Assembly: GCA_965644495.1 (NCBI GenBank)
Contig: CBFFSA010000001.1
Location: forward strand, 248,001-312,000
Source of the DNA: Perkinsela sp. CCAP 1560/9
Taxonomy: Eukaryota > Protista > Euglenozoa: Kinetoplastea
Direction of reading: 5' to 3'
Length of the DNA stretch: 64,000 bases
Position numbers and translations under genes: made by a program. The number at the start of each line of letters is the position of its first letter. Position 1 is the first letter of the stretch. The notes under the pieces were generated by a model. The model was not told where the DNA came from and did not search any database. It saw only the letters and a program-made list of their open reading frames with translations. Positions 41,191 to 52,300 of this stretch are shown here, piece by piece.

Positions 41191-41887
41191 ATAAATTATA
41201 CTTTAAGTACAAACCTTGAGTCTTACTAACTCCGCCGTTTTCAGGCGCAAACCATGAGAGTCATTTTTGTTCACCTTCATCCCCCTTCCATTGACTTCGA
41301 ATTAAACATTCAGAAGTGCAAGTGCTGACAACGTCTGAACAATGGGATATCTTGTCTCTTTTCATATTCACACACATATTCACGTACGGTGCCAAAGCGC
41401 CCTTTTGCTACCCAATGGGAGCGCAAAATAGGCTTAACCCCACCCGTCAGACATTAGGAGCCAGCAAGCCTACTCTCAAAGCATCACAGCTTCGCTTAGA
41501 CCTCGCCTTTCAGGCATTATGGGCCAGTAACCCCACTCTCAAAGCATCACAGCTTCGCTGAGGCCCCACCCTTCAGGCATTATGGGCCAGTAACCCCACT
41601 CTCAAAGCATCACAGCTTCGCTTAGGCCCCACCCTTCAGGCATTATGGGCCAGTAACTCTACTCTCAAAGCATCACAGCTTCCGTCAGGCCTGATCCTTC
41701 AGGCACTATGGGCCCGACTCATTCAACCCTGCTCATTCAAGACAAATACACTTATGTACCATGGTGGCAAATAATCTTTCGAGTTACCCCTCCTCCCCCG
41801 GTCTTGTTGTGTTGACCAGCTCCAGGCTTGGGACTGGAAACTGCGGAGTTAGTAAGACTCAAGGTTTGTACATAAAATCTTATTTTG
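41191..41887. mobile_element. Second, related inverted-repeat element directly abutting the first
   Basis: IR 41207-41244 / 41834-41871; termini share TTTA(T/A)GTACAA..CTTGAG with the 106-bp ITR. Confidence 0.7.
41438..41715 (+). repeat. 63-bp tandem repeat, about 4.5 copies
   Basis: CTCTCAAAGCATCACAGCTTC at 41473, 41536, 41599 and 41662. Confidence 0.92.
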
Positions 41888-42640
41888 CAAAAGGAAAGAA
41901 AAAGACTTGTTTTTGAAAAATGAGTACAATTGAATCCGACATTAGCCGCTTTTTCATATCATGGCCATCACTTGTCCCACAACATCCGGCGGAAATGGAA
42001 TGTTCTTCGGTCCTCAAAATCAAAATAAAAGGTCTTCGGTCCTCGCTCATATCTCCGTTTTGGATGGCACTGGATGGCAGCGCATGGCACCGGATGGCAG
42101 TGGACAACTGCATAGTGTCCAAGGTCATCACCCTCACCACTGCAGTAGCTGAATTTTTATGCGGGTGTTTCCTTTTCGAGGCCCAGATTGCACAACAGGG
42201 GCCCTTTTGATCCATTCTCATTCTCATTTTCAAGGCCCTTTTTGAGTTGAACGTTGACACGATGATTTGTCATTCTTGAGAGGGTCATTCTCATTTTCGT
42301 GACTCTCAGATTGGTGACGACCACTGTAACATACACGTATTAATTTTCTACGGGTTTTACTCGTTCAATGCACTCGTTCAAAACAATTTACCTACAGTAT
42401 GTCATGTTCTTGAAAATATTGGAAAAACAAAATTAAGAATTTACTTACGATAATATTTATTTACGGCAATATTCAATTACGATACTATTTAATCACGATA
42501 TTATTCAATTAAGATTATTTTCGCCAAAAAAAATCCTTAAATTCGTAATTAAATAATATCCTAATTTAATACAACACTGTATGCGAAATCCAATATTGTA
42601 GAAATTCTTAAATAAAAGAAAGCTTTGAGATTTTACGCTT

Positions 42641-42725
42641 TTCGTTAAACGCGGTGGTCGTTTTCAACTTTGAAGTCACTCATGCTGCGAGCTTCGCGTT
42701 GAAAACTACCTCCGCGTTTAACGAA
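42641..42725. repeat. Short hairpin or mini-element with TA|AAC...GTT|TA ends
   Basis: CGTTAAACGCGGTGGTCGTTTTCAAC vs revcomp CGTTAAACGCGGAGGTAGTTTTCAAC (24/26). Confidence 0.6.
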
Positions 42726-42945
42726 GAGCCTAAAAAAAGAAAAATTACCTTCGACAGCCGAAAAAAGTGGAAGGATTTGAACCCAAAATAGCCGGTTCGT
42801 AGCTAAAAATGGGGCCATTTTTGCGTATTTTTGTCTCATAGCACTAAAACAGACATTTAAACCAGTACATTAAAGTTTAGTAGTAATATGATCGGAGGAT
42901 GAACATCAGTAAAAGAATGTCTGTAGGTCAAGCGATGGACAGAAT

Positions 42946-43719
42946 ATGACGCAGAAAATTTCTCACGACACGATAACTTTATCTTCCTTGACACTGCAAC
43001 TGGAGTATCATTTGAACAAGTTTGAGATGCTTTTGGATCGCACCTATTCCATTTATCATGGTTTGGAAGGAGGTACTAAGACCTCTTTAATAAGCCACGA
43101 GCTCATTGTGGCAGTGGAACACGTACAAAACTATGGAAGATTATGTGATACGCTTTGCTCGCAGGTACCTGATACAATCCATCGTAAAGATCTGCGTAAC
43201 GAACCAGACAGTTCTCTAGAGGGTTATTTAAACCAGCTACAGCAACTATATTCGCATCACTATTTTCTTCTGCAAAGGGCAAACAAATTGTTACCTCTCG
43301 TTGCTAGGTACACGAAAGATGATCTACATGAGACTAATCATCATAAAAGAGAATCATGCAGTCTCACTGGAAATCCAGCGCGCATGTCAAGGCCAAAGAA
43401 CTATGGCGGGTTGTTGCGTACCGAAGAAACACTTCAAAAAGAAAACGCACATGAAGTAATTCAGCTTGAGTCAGACCTTAACGACCTTCATGCAATGCAT
43501 ACCGAAATGAAAGATTGGGTAATTACACAAGAATCAGGATTACATGACACAAAACTAAATATCGAGCAAACAAGAGAAAATGTCGAGAAGGGGGATCGCG
43601 TACTTCGTAAATCACATGCGTCTTCTACGATTAGAAAAAAGATGTCTTACTGGATGGGAGGTATTGTCCTTATTGTGATCATAGTAATCATTCTTCTCGT
43701 AGTAATGGTTGTTCGATAA
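42946..43719 (+). CDS. Syntaxin-like Q-SNARE
   Basis: SNARE heptads with central Q (VITQESGLHD), C-terminal transmembrane anchor. Confidence 0.88.
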   Translation: MTQKISHDTITLSSLTLQLEYHLNKFEMLLDRTYSIYHGLEGGTKTSLISHELIVAVEHVQNYGRLCDTLCSQVPDTIHRKDLRNEPDSSLEGYLNQLQQLYSHHYFLLQRANKLLPLVARYTKDDLHETNHHKRESCSLTGNPARMSRPKNYGGLLRTEETLQKENAHEVIQLESDLNDLHAMHTEMKDWVITQESGLHDTKLNIEQTRENVEKGDRVLRKSHASSTIRKKMSYWMGGIVLIVIIVIILLVVMVVR

Positions 43720-43796
43720 GGTTGCTAAGAGAAATTGATATTCAAAAAACCGATTCTGTACTTCCAAAACGGGGCGCTAGTTCAAAAAAAATATTA

Positions 43797-44268
43797 AACG
43801 GGGGCTCGGGATAACATACCTGTAACACGTTAACATACCGGGGGGGTATGTTATTGTGAACAGGGGTGGATAACACACCCCCCCTCTGGATTTTGGAGTT
43901 TAGGAGTCAATTTGTTTTTGAGATTTTTTTACATGTGTAATACAGATCATTTTTTTGTCAACATGAGCACTCAAGAACTGATTGGTATTCATGAAGAAAT
44001 TCCAAGCGAGGTTGTTTCGTCGGAGGAGGATGAAGAGGAAGACGAGGAGGGAGAAGAGGAGGAAGACATTGACAATTCAGGAGTATTTTCGAATACATAG
44101 TTGTCCTGAAATTGTGGAGTAAAATATATTGGAGCAATTTTTTGAATTGGTGCAATTTTTTGAATTCTTTAAAAAAATGATGGCATAAAAGTTAACATAC
44201 CTGTAACAGCATAACATACCTGTAACACGATAACATACCGGGGGGGTATGTTATCCAGTAACACCGTT
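43797..44268. mobile_element. MITE of the AAC...GTT / TA-TSD family (ATAACATACC core)
   Basis: TA at 43795-96 and 44269-70; 24-bp TIRs 19/24; AACATACCTGTAAC repeats and TAACATACC-Gn-GGTATGTTA palindromes; internal acidic ORF remnant. Confidence 0.8.
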
Positions 44269-44940
44269 TATACGCAAACCCTTTTCCGAAGTAGGTATGT
44301 ATTTTTCCACGAACGAACGCACGCAAACCCAACACGTCCGCTACAAATGCGACGAGCAACCTGCGTAGCCGGAATCTCAATTTCTTGCTCTTCCCATGAA
44401 TGTGCCTCACCATCATCGCGGGGAAAGCGCTCAGTGCTCCAGTTCTGACAATGTGCAATGTATAAGCTCCCTACTATGTATAAAAGGAAACGTGGAATTA
44501 AATCTTCTGCGTCGTCGTTTCGATTCGGGTTGTCGTGTGACATGAACCCTGAAATTTTTAATGAGTAACACAAGTCTAAGAAAAATGGTTTGCTTCTAAT
44601 CAAGTCACTTTCCTTCTCTCAATTATATTCGTTGAGTACTCAGCGAAGTGTACAACACTTCATTCAGTACTCATTAAAGTGTAGAACAGTTTATTGATCA
44701 TTTTTCGTGCAAATTCAGGATGCATATACGGTATTTATTGACGGAGGGTGAAGCAGCGTTCCGACTAAATATACATCTGAATGTTTTTTCTCGGAATTAC
44801 TTATTTTTATATATTTTTTTATAATTGAAGATAGAGCGGTTGTTACGCAACCACATCAATAGTATCGTAATTAGACACGTAACGTAGTACGTCAATTCAA
44901 AACGTAATCAATCTTCGAAACGAAATCTACATGTACATGT

Positions 44941-45921
44941 ATGTGCCTTTCATACATGCTTTCATACATGCTTTCATACATGCTTTCATACATGCTTTCA
45001 TACATGCTTTCACACATGCTTAGCATTCATACAGCGGATGATCAACCGCGGCCCCGTCGAGCTCAGAAGGCGCACAGATCTCTACTCCCCATAGAGCTAC
45101 AGCTTGACGCCTTTCTTTCTGGCATACATGAATTGGAAACTCCTGGACTGTCGCCTCTTGGCAAGCACTCGACATGGAACACAAGCATACCTGGGTGCAA
45201 TTGGTATGGAGTTCAGTGTGATGCGTTTCAAATGGCACGTAAGATTGATTGGCGAGGTCGGCAGCTGGAAGGGACTCCTAGTTGGACACACCTTCCTGTA
45301 ACACTCAGTTGGTTTCTTTTAGGCTCCAATTGGGGCATCAACAACAAATGCAACGGTGAAGTTCCATTCGATACCCTGCCTCAAGGACTTACTCGTCTCG
45401 ACCTGAGCAAAAATCAGTTTTCTGGTTATATTGGTGCAGGAGATCTCCCTAAAACGTTGACACGGCTTCTTCTCAACAATAATCATTTCACAGGAATGAT
45501 AAATTGGAGTGCGCTACCCCGGAGTCTGTGCATTATTGATATCAGTGGAAATCGTCTCGATGGGACACTTAACTGTGCCGTCATTCCACCTAATTTACTT
45601 GGTCTTGACATATCCAATAACGAATTTGTAGGCAATCTGGCATTGGAAGAATTTCCAACTTCATTGCTCTTATTTAAAGCGCGAAATAATTCATTTACAG
45701 GAACACCACGATTTGACAATCTTCCACCGAGGATGAAGTGCCTACAACTATGGCGTAATCGTCTCAGCGGACACGTCGATGTCTCTCGTTTGCCTCGCGG
45801 AATGAGTGAGTTGTCGCTTCAGGAAAACAATATTGAATCGTACTCTCCGCAGTCGCTTCCCAAGTGTGTTTCTTTATTTCAGAACCCCGCATGGAAATCC
45901 GGTTCGCGTGGCTTTTATTAA
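44941..45921 (+). CDS. Leucine-rich repeat protein with N-terminal MLSY tandem repeat
   Basis: 326 aa; HSTWNTSIPGCNWYGVQC cap and about 8 LRRs. Confidence 0.88.
   Translation: MCLSYMLSYMLSYMLSYMLSYMLSHMLSIHTADDQPRPRRAQKAHRSLLPIELQLDAFLSGIHELETPGLSPLGKHSTWNTSIPGCNWYGVQCDAFQMARKIDWRGRQLEGTPSWTHLPVTLSWFLLGSNWGINNKCNGEVPFDTLPQGLTRLDLSKNQFSGYIGAGDLPKTLTRLLLNNNHFTGMINWSALPRSLCIIDISGNRLDGTLNCAVIPPNLLGLDISNNEFVGNLALEEFPTSLLLFKARNNSFTGTPRFDNLPPRMKCLQLWRNRLSGHVDVSRLPRGMSELSLQENNIESYSPQSLPKCVSLFQNPAWKSGSRGFY
44947..45021 (+). repeat. 12-bp tandem repeat CTTTCATACATG x6
   Basis: Directly visible; in frame, giving seven ATGs. Confidence 0.95.
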
Positions 45922-46060
45922 CACTGCAATATAAGTAGAGTTTGCTTCGGTGGCCATAGTTCTAAATACTATTAAATATTCTAAATTTCTATTTACTTCA
46001 ACCTCTCTACTTTTTTTCGCTGTCCCAAAGCTACGAAAACAATAATTACTGCCCCTTTTA

Positions 46061-46492
46061 AACCACAGTCCGGTTTAACATTCCTGTAGCTAGATAACAT
46101 TCCGGGGGAGAATGTTATGATGTCCCATGCGTTTTTTAACATTCCCCCCTGAAAAACCCCCGTGCCCCCCCGTGGCTTACAGGTTCATCCACTCTACCGA
46201 CGAAGAGCCACCACGGGAGATTCTCAACTTTGATCCCCTACAGGGTCCTCCAGGTTTTCGCTACGAATGTACGCTGACGGAGTACTTTAAGAAAGTTCAA
46301 GAACGCTAAGAAAGTGAAGCAAAAGAAGTCGAAGCGATGGGCGAAGAGGAAGATACATAATAAATGAAGTTATTTTTCCTTTCAAAAAAATACCTCAAAA
46401 AATTATCTTGAAAATTTAACATTCCTGTAGCTCCTTAACATTCCTGTAGCTACTTAGCATTCCCCCCCGGAATGTTAAACCGGACTGTGGTT
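46061..46492. mobile_element. MITE of the AAC...GTT / TA-TSD family (TAACATTCC core) with perfect TIRs
   Basis: Perfect 24-bp TIR AACCACAGTCCGGTTTAACATTCC; TA at 46059-60 and 46493-94; empty site preserved in the paralogous sequence 46969-46991. Confidence 0.92.
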
Positions 46493-46494
46493 TA

Positions 46495-46715
46495 TATTTT
46501 TTCTTTTACGATATGACTGTGTTCACTCCTTTTATTCACTTTTCTTTCCATAACCCAACCTAGAGCCCTGGTTACCTACCACCACCATCACCACCACCAC
46601 TACCCTACAACCTTAAACTCTACTCTACTCCATACCTTTTCCAACCTCCCTCTCTCACTCCCTCCCCCCTCCCCCCCACCACCACCATGCTTCACCCCTC
46701 CCCCTCCCTCCTCAC
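46495..46715 (+). repeat. Partial duplication of the upstream region and first codons of the J-domain gene (paralogue about 46969-47225)
   Basis: Shared ccataacccaacctagagccctggttacctacacc...atgcttcacccctcc. Confidence 0.85.
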
Positions 46716-47200
46716 CACCGGTTCACGATAGCGATGTCAATTTTGCAAATATCGACGGAGAACCTTGCCGTCTGTCTAACGAACCACTCTTCCGGAGCCG
46801 ATGCGCCATATCCTAGCTGCGGAGAGAAACCTAGAAGTTAGCAATGTTTCGAAAAGCTCGAAGACGGTTTCGAAGTACCGCCCTAAAATTCCGGACCTCG
46901 GCCTTTCTCTTCAGCAGGCCTATCTAACTTGTTGTGAACGAGGTTTGGAACGATTTTAGACCACCGGAGCCCCTTTTATTTTTTTTCTTTTATTCTATGA
47001 CGATGTTTCTCTTTATAAAGGTTAAACACAACGGTGTTTCTTCTTTACTTTCCCTCTTTTTGCTCACTTTTCTTTCCATAACCCAACCTAGAGCCCTGGT
47101 TACCTACACCCACCACCACCACCACCACTAAACCACCTTAAACTCTACTCTACTCCATACCCTTTCCAACCTCCCTCTCTCACGCCCTCCCCCCTCCCCC

Positions 47201-47908
47201 ATGCTTCACCCCTCCCCCCCCCTCCTCTCCCCCCACCCCTACCGCCCCGGTCCCCTCACCGCCCTCTCCCGTTGGCTCGTCCTCCACCTCCTCCCCCGCC
47301 CCGCCCAGCGCGCCCTCGGCCGTCGTCTGCGCCGCAACCTCTCCCACGTAAAGGCCATGGAGGACGACCTCCGCTTCCTCACGGCCCACCGCTCCCCGCT
47401 GGCCGTGCTGGACCTCCCGGAGACCGTGGAGGCGCTCCCGGAGGTGCACGCGGCGTACCGGCGGCGGGTACTCGCGGCCCACCCGGACGCCCCGGGGGGC
47501 TCGCCGGGGGAGCTGGACCGGGTGCGCCGGGCCTACGCGATGGTGCTGGACCCCGGGAGTGTGTGGTACCGGGATGGGGGCGGGGGGGGGCTGGGGGGGG
47601 AGCTGGTGGGGGGGAGAGAGAGCGGAAGGGTCTCTGTACACACAAAGGCCACGTGGCTGGGGGTGGGGGTGGTGCTCGGTGCGCTGGTGGTGCTGTGGGG
47701 GTTGGGGGAGACGGTGGTGAGGAAGGGGTGGGAGGGGGTGTTGGGGGTGGTGTTGCCGGAGGTGTATGAGGTGATGGTGGAGAGGGAGGGGGAGGAGGGG
47801 AGGAGGAGGGCGGCGGGGTTGGAGGTGGATACGGATCCACAGCGGTTACAGCCCCGGAAGTTGCAGAGGATAAACTTTCCGGGGCGGTTTTTGGATGAAT
47901 TGGATTGA
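47201..47908 (+). CDS. J-domain (DnaJ) protein with a transmembrane helix
   Basis: SPLAVLDL...VHAAYRRRVLAAHPD..GGS...VRRAYAMVLD; hydrophobic segment WLGVGVVLGALVVLWG. Confidence 0.82.
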   Translation: MLHPSPPLLSPHPYRPGPLTALSRWLVLHLLPRPAQRALGRRLRRNLSHVKAMEDDLRFLTAHRSPLAVLDLPETVEALPEVHAAYRRRVLAAHPDAPGGSPGELDRVRRAYAMVLDPGSVWYRDGGGGGLGGELVGGRESGRVSVHTKATWLGVGVVLGALVVLWGLGETVVRKGWEGVLGVVLPEVYEVMVEREGEEGRRRAAGLEVDTDPQRLQPRKLQRINFPGRFLDELD

Positions 47909-48121
47909 AAAAAAAAGGGGGGGGGGGGTTGTGGGATAGGGGGGAAAAGGGGTATTAAAAGGTGGCAGTGGAATACTGGTGTATATTCTTGATGTACAGG
48001 ACTTCACATTTTTGGTGCGGAAACGCAAGTTTTCTACTTGTACCAACCGTCTATTTATACTCTTTTTCTCCGTTTCGTAAAAACAAGTGATCAGTAGATT
48101 TCTTTCCGAGCTCTTTTTTTC

Positions 48122-48916
48122 ATGCATCGCTTCCTTGCACGGAGCTTTCGAGTTTTTAAAGTGCCCTCTCTACGACATTACAGCCCACCTGCGAGAGCTG
48201 TACAAGTGTACGAGTCAAAGTTTACAGAAAATATATTTCCAGTGGAACTTCCTCGCAGTGAGGTGGCAGAATATGCCCAGTTCCTGTTTGCAATGGGGGA
48301 CAATTTTCTTCACGAGTTTCAGAACGTGGCAGGGTTGAGTCTTCCCGTGTTTTGGGAACGCTACCGTGATGTAACGACGAATAGTGATATTGCCCAGGCC
48401 ATATCCGAGGAATTTTTGTTCTGTCTACGCTGGATGCAAATTCAGGGTGATTTGGAAAAATTATCTACAGTCCGGAACTACTATGAGACATTGGTTAATG
48501 CACAGCGCAAGGTACTGAGAGTTGAAGTGTTTGTTAATCCCTCAATCATGAAGGATAGTACCGCTATGTATACGATTCAGGAACGGATAGGCTTCCAAAT
48601 TGCTGCACATTCCACGCTGAAACACAAATCGCAGTACAAGAGAATTTTTCAAGTTCATTCGGATTCCACTATTCCGGACGGGAAAGAAATGTTTTATGCC
48701 GAGACCGACGGGATATCATTGTCGTCAATTCCTCGAGTTCACAAAGAAGAGCTTGAGGCACAACAAGCTTTAAGTGACGTGGACTACACCCGAGTGATAC
48801 CATACAAAAAAATTATACGCACTCAATGGGAGGACAATATCGAGGTCGACGTTTTGCGTAGCTATTTTGATCAGTTGGCGTTATTGGATGAGGAAGAACA
48901 ACTGCATGGAGTATAA
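48122..48916 (+). CDS. OSCP: Mitochondrial ATP synthase OSCP subunit, kinetoplastid type
   Basis: Matches, from recall, motifs of trypanosomatid OSCP: YxPP..., LPVFWER, WMQ..G, YETLVNA, DYT and WEDNIExxVLRxY...DxEExxxGV. Confidence 0.85.
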   Translation: MHRFLARSFRVFKVPSLRHYSPPARAVQVYESKFTENIFPVELPRSEVAEYAQFLFAMGDNFLHEFQNVAGLSLPVFWERYRDVTTNSDIAQAISEEFLFCLRWMQIQGDLEKLSTVRNYYETLVNAQRKVLRVEVFVNPSIMKDSTAMYTIQERIGFQIAAHSTLKHKSQYKRIFQVHSDSTIPDGKEMFYAETDGISLSSIPRVHKEELEAQQALSDVDYTRVIPYKKIIRTQWEDNIEVDVLRSYFDQLALLDEEEQLHGV

Positions 48917-49329
48917 TTGCTTTGGTGGAAAAATGAAAACGAAAATAGCTTACGACCCTATTAGTTTTGTGGTTAGCGCAGTATAGATCAAAGAACGTTT
49001 CGTAGAGTGCTCCTTACTATTTAAGTACGTTATCTTTTCTATAAGAACAGCACAAATGTGCATTCTGTCGAATGTGGTCGACATCCTATTATTTTTTCGT
49101 CGATTTTCTTGTAAACCCTCAGTTCTTTTCCGTTGATGCGTTCTCGTTGTACAAGGTCATGTTTTCGAAAAACTGTTTATTAACAAACGGGATATTCAGT
49201 GAAATATTGTGACAACGTTCAGAAGGTTGTAAATACATCCTTGTATTATTTGTGGTTGCTATTTTGTGGTCTATGGGGAGAACTTTTCTAGATCAGTTTT
49301 AACCGTGACCGTAATTTTCTGCTATTGGC

Positions 49330-52300
49330 ATGACCACAGAAACACCAGTCGGCACGTTCGGCTCCTCTCTTAATGAATACTGTACTCTCGGCCCGTCCGA
49401 TTCCCTTTCTCTGACAGATTTTTTTGACAAACTTTTGTCGAGAAGGGCATTTATGTCGAGATCGAAATCTGAAAACAATGCGGATTCTTCGTCAAAGCTT
49501 TCCAACTCGAAAGATGATTTCAGTAAGAATTTCGCTTGCAGAACTAAAACATTGGGTCACTTTATTGTAGAATACATGACTGAAAACGAGAAGAATTACT
49601 CTCACAATATGGACCTGGAACAACTAGGAGAAAATTGCCTTTTCTGTATGGTGCAAGCACTTGAGTCATATTTAACTCATCAAGATTGCTCCATTCGTTC
49701 ACGTGCCACAGATGTACTTGGACAAGCCATTCGACTTGCACATGGTTTTGGTCAGCTATCATCATGTGATCATTTCAGGGATAACGCTGAACTTTATAAA
49801 AGTTTTGAAAAGAGGATTTGGAGAAGCAATCTTGCTCGACGTAATTTGCTGGAATTTCTTCTTTCGCGCATGAAAGATTATGATACAATAGAGAGTGTTA
49901 TACACGCCTTGCATGTTCTGCTGATTCAAATCGATGAAGTTTGTTCATTTTCAGAACGGCAAGGACGAGGATGGCTCAGACTTACTGATGTGTCATCTAT
50001 ATTAGTCAGGATTGCATCCGAGACACGATTGGAATATTCTCGATTAAGACTTCGACGTCAAATTTACGACCTTTTTCGGAAGTTCTTTCTTCTCGGATAT
50101 TTTTCCGACGAAGCACACGCAGAAATTGTGGGAGACATTCACCAGTCACATGTTTCGGAAAACGGCATGATCGAGATTCCTTTTCTTGATATAGGTGAAT
50201 CTTCTTTTTCATTGAACGTTTCATCCCAAATTGTCGCATGCGATATTGCCGAGTACTTTAAACAACTATCTCCACTTGTTCACCCTGCCACGTTCGTGCC
50301 CAAATTTCTGAAGTGTGTGGATGGAGAGCGCGATCCATTCAATGTTGTTACCCTTTTTCATCTTTTTGAAAGAGTAAACCGAATTATTGCGTTTTGGAAA
50401 AATCAATCGGGAGATGATGCGCTAGATATGGACTTCTTTGACAGTTTTTCTTGCTACTTTCCCATTGACTTTAAAAAACCACAAGAAAACGTAACGTCAC
50501 GTGAAGATGAACCCACGAAATCTACTAACGTGGATGAAAACACCTTCCAGTCAATATCTTCGCCACTAGAATTCTACTCCATCACACGTCCAACGCTTCC
50601 TGTCGTTGACTCAATAAAACTACAGGAAAGCCTCCAAGAATTGTTGATACATCCAAGATTTATAAAAATTAGCATTCCTTTTCTTCTTGAGAAATTGTCT
50701 TCTGCCATTGAGGATACGAAACTACAAGTCCTGGAAGTCATGCGCGACATTTTCGTCCAAGCGATGCGAACAGATCAATATTTCGAGGCACTATCACATT
50801 TAGACTCTGATGCGATGAGTACCGAAGACACATCCTTGTTACTCTTAAGTGAAATTATTCAAGCTTTACGAGAGGAACTTCACCAGTGCGTTGGTAGCGA
50901 ACGCAATGCACTCAAATTCGAAACTTTGCGTGTCATAAAAGCAATAGGAAGCTTTGTGTATGAAAGATCCAAGAGCGACAAGACGCTGAACTACTTAACT
51001 AAAAGATTCGTATTGGAGCCCTTCTTCAGGAATGTTACTAAGTTTCATGTAGACCGCGATTTTACGACTGATGACGATTTTAATCGAAATATTACTGTGT
51101 TAAATCAATCCGAAATACATGCTCTTTCTATTGATTTAGCATTAATCGAATCTTTTTTGGAGTCAAAGTCACGCCTGATATTGTTTTGCTACGCTCAAAT
51201 CGATGCTGTACTGCAGTCTCACCATAAGGAGGGTGGAATAATTCGGTCCTCTCTTCAAAACAATTCTTTTGGGGAGCGTGAGAGACTCATGCACCTTCGA
51301 AGGGTTGAATATGCGACAGAAATATACGCCAATCTTCTTAGCATGGTGCGTAGCGCTGTATATGCTTCCCCTACGGATTTATGCCAGTACTTCAGAAACG
51401 TGATAAGCTTTATCCATTGTATCTTTGCGAGCGAATGTCCGACTTTATCGCGAAATTTAATGAGCAATGGCGCCAAGTGTGTGATTGTACTTGCCTCATT
51501 CTTGGATTCACAGAAGTTTTTAGAGGCTCCGTCTTGCCGCGCTCTTGCGAATAACGAGCCCGTATCTACTGACATTGAAGCACTAAGTGTTACATTGGAA
51601 ACACAAGTTAACCTCTCCGATAACACTTTCGTTCGAGTGCAGGGCGACACGTCACATCTATTTATGAGTTGTTCTTTGCGTCTAATTCTCACCAAATTGT
51701 TCGTTATCGTGTGCTCATTTTATTTCACAGTAGCTGATGTGCCTTCGGCCTCTGCGGTGTTGTCCAGTTTGACTCATGGGTGGATTACCCCTCAATCTTC
51801 TCTGTTGGTAAATATTTTGGTTCCCATGTGGCTCAGAGTATATTTTTCCTCTGATCACTTTACCCGTGAAGGTATCGCTGAGAGTGAACATTCGCACGAC
51901 GCACAAAGTAACTCCATGTTATTTAACTCCATCAAATGCGAAAAGCGCGAAGCGAATTTTCCACCAGTATCTATAGCATTGGTCTCTGAAGTGTTTTCAT
52001 CAGATCCTTACAAAGAGCGTATTTTGCATGGTCTCCTCTCGATTGTGCAGCTCGACGTTTCTTATGCACGAAATGCTTTGAGTACAACGACTCAGTTTCC
52101 AACTGTTAACTTCATTCGTATCGTTTCAGAACTTTTGCCTCTTACTGCAAAAGGTTGTCTGCCTCATCTCTTAAATCATTTATTAAAGGCAACGCAGAAA
52201 GTGCTTGACGTGTATCGTCAAGGCTCGTATGCTAAATGGGGTGAAGCGCCTGGAAGCACCCGAATAATGGAGAACAGCTTGGATCCTGATTCGAATCCTG

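Larger units (their letters stand above)
38244..42579. mobile_element. Tc1-like TIR shell enclosing a nest of other elements
   Basis: 36-bp TIRs CAGTGTTGTATT(T/A)AATTA..TATTTAATTACG (31/36) with TA at 38242-43 and 42580-81. Confidence 0.6.

Noticed and set aside
41438-41715. CRISPR-like array
   Set aside because: Units are contiguous with no unique spacers; no cas genes; eukaryotic context
41880-42260. Short ORFs on both strands in the transposon nest
   Set aside because: No recognisable domain; overlapping antisense pairs within degenerate repeat DNA
47180-47840. Pro/Gly-rich alternative-frame and antisense ORFs (also 20262-21161)
   Set aside because: By-products of the extreme GC skew; the + strand frames carry recognisable domains
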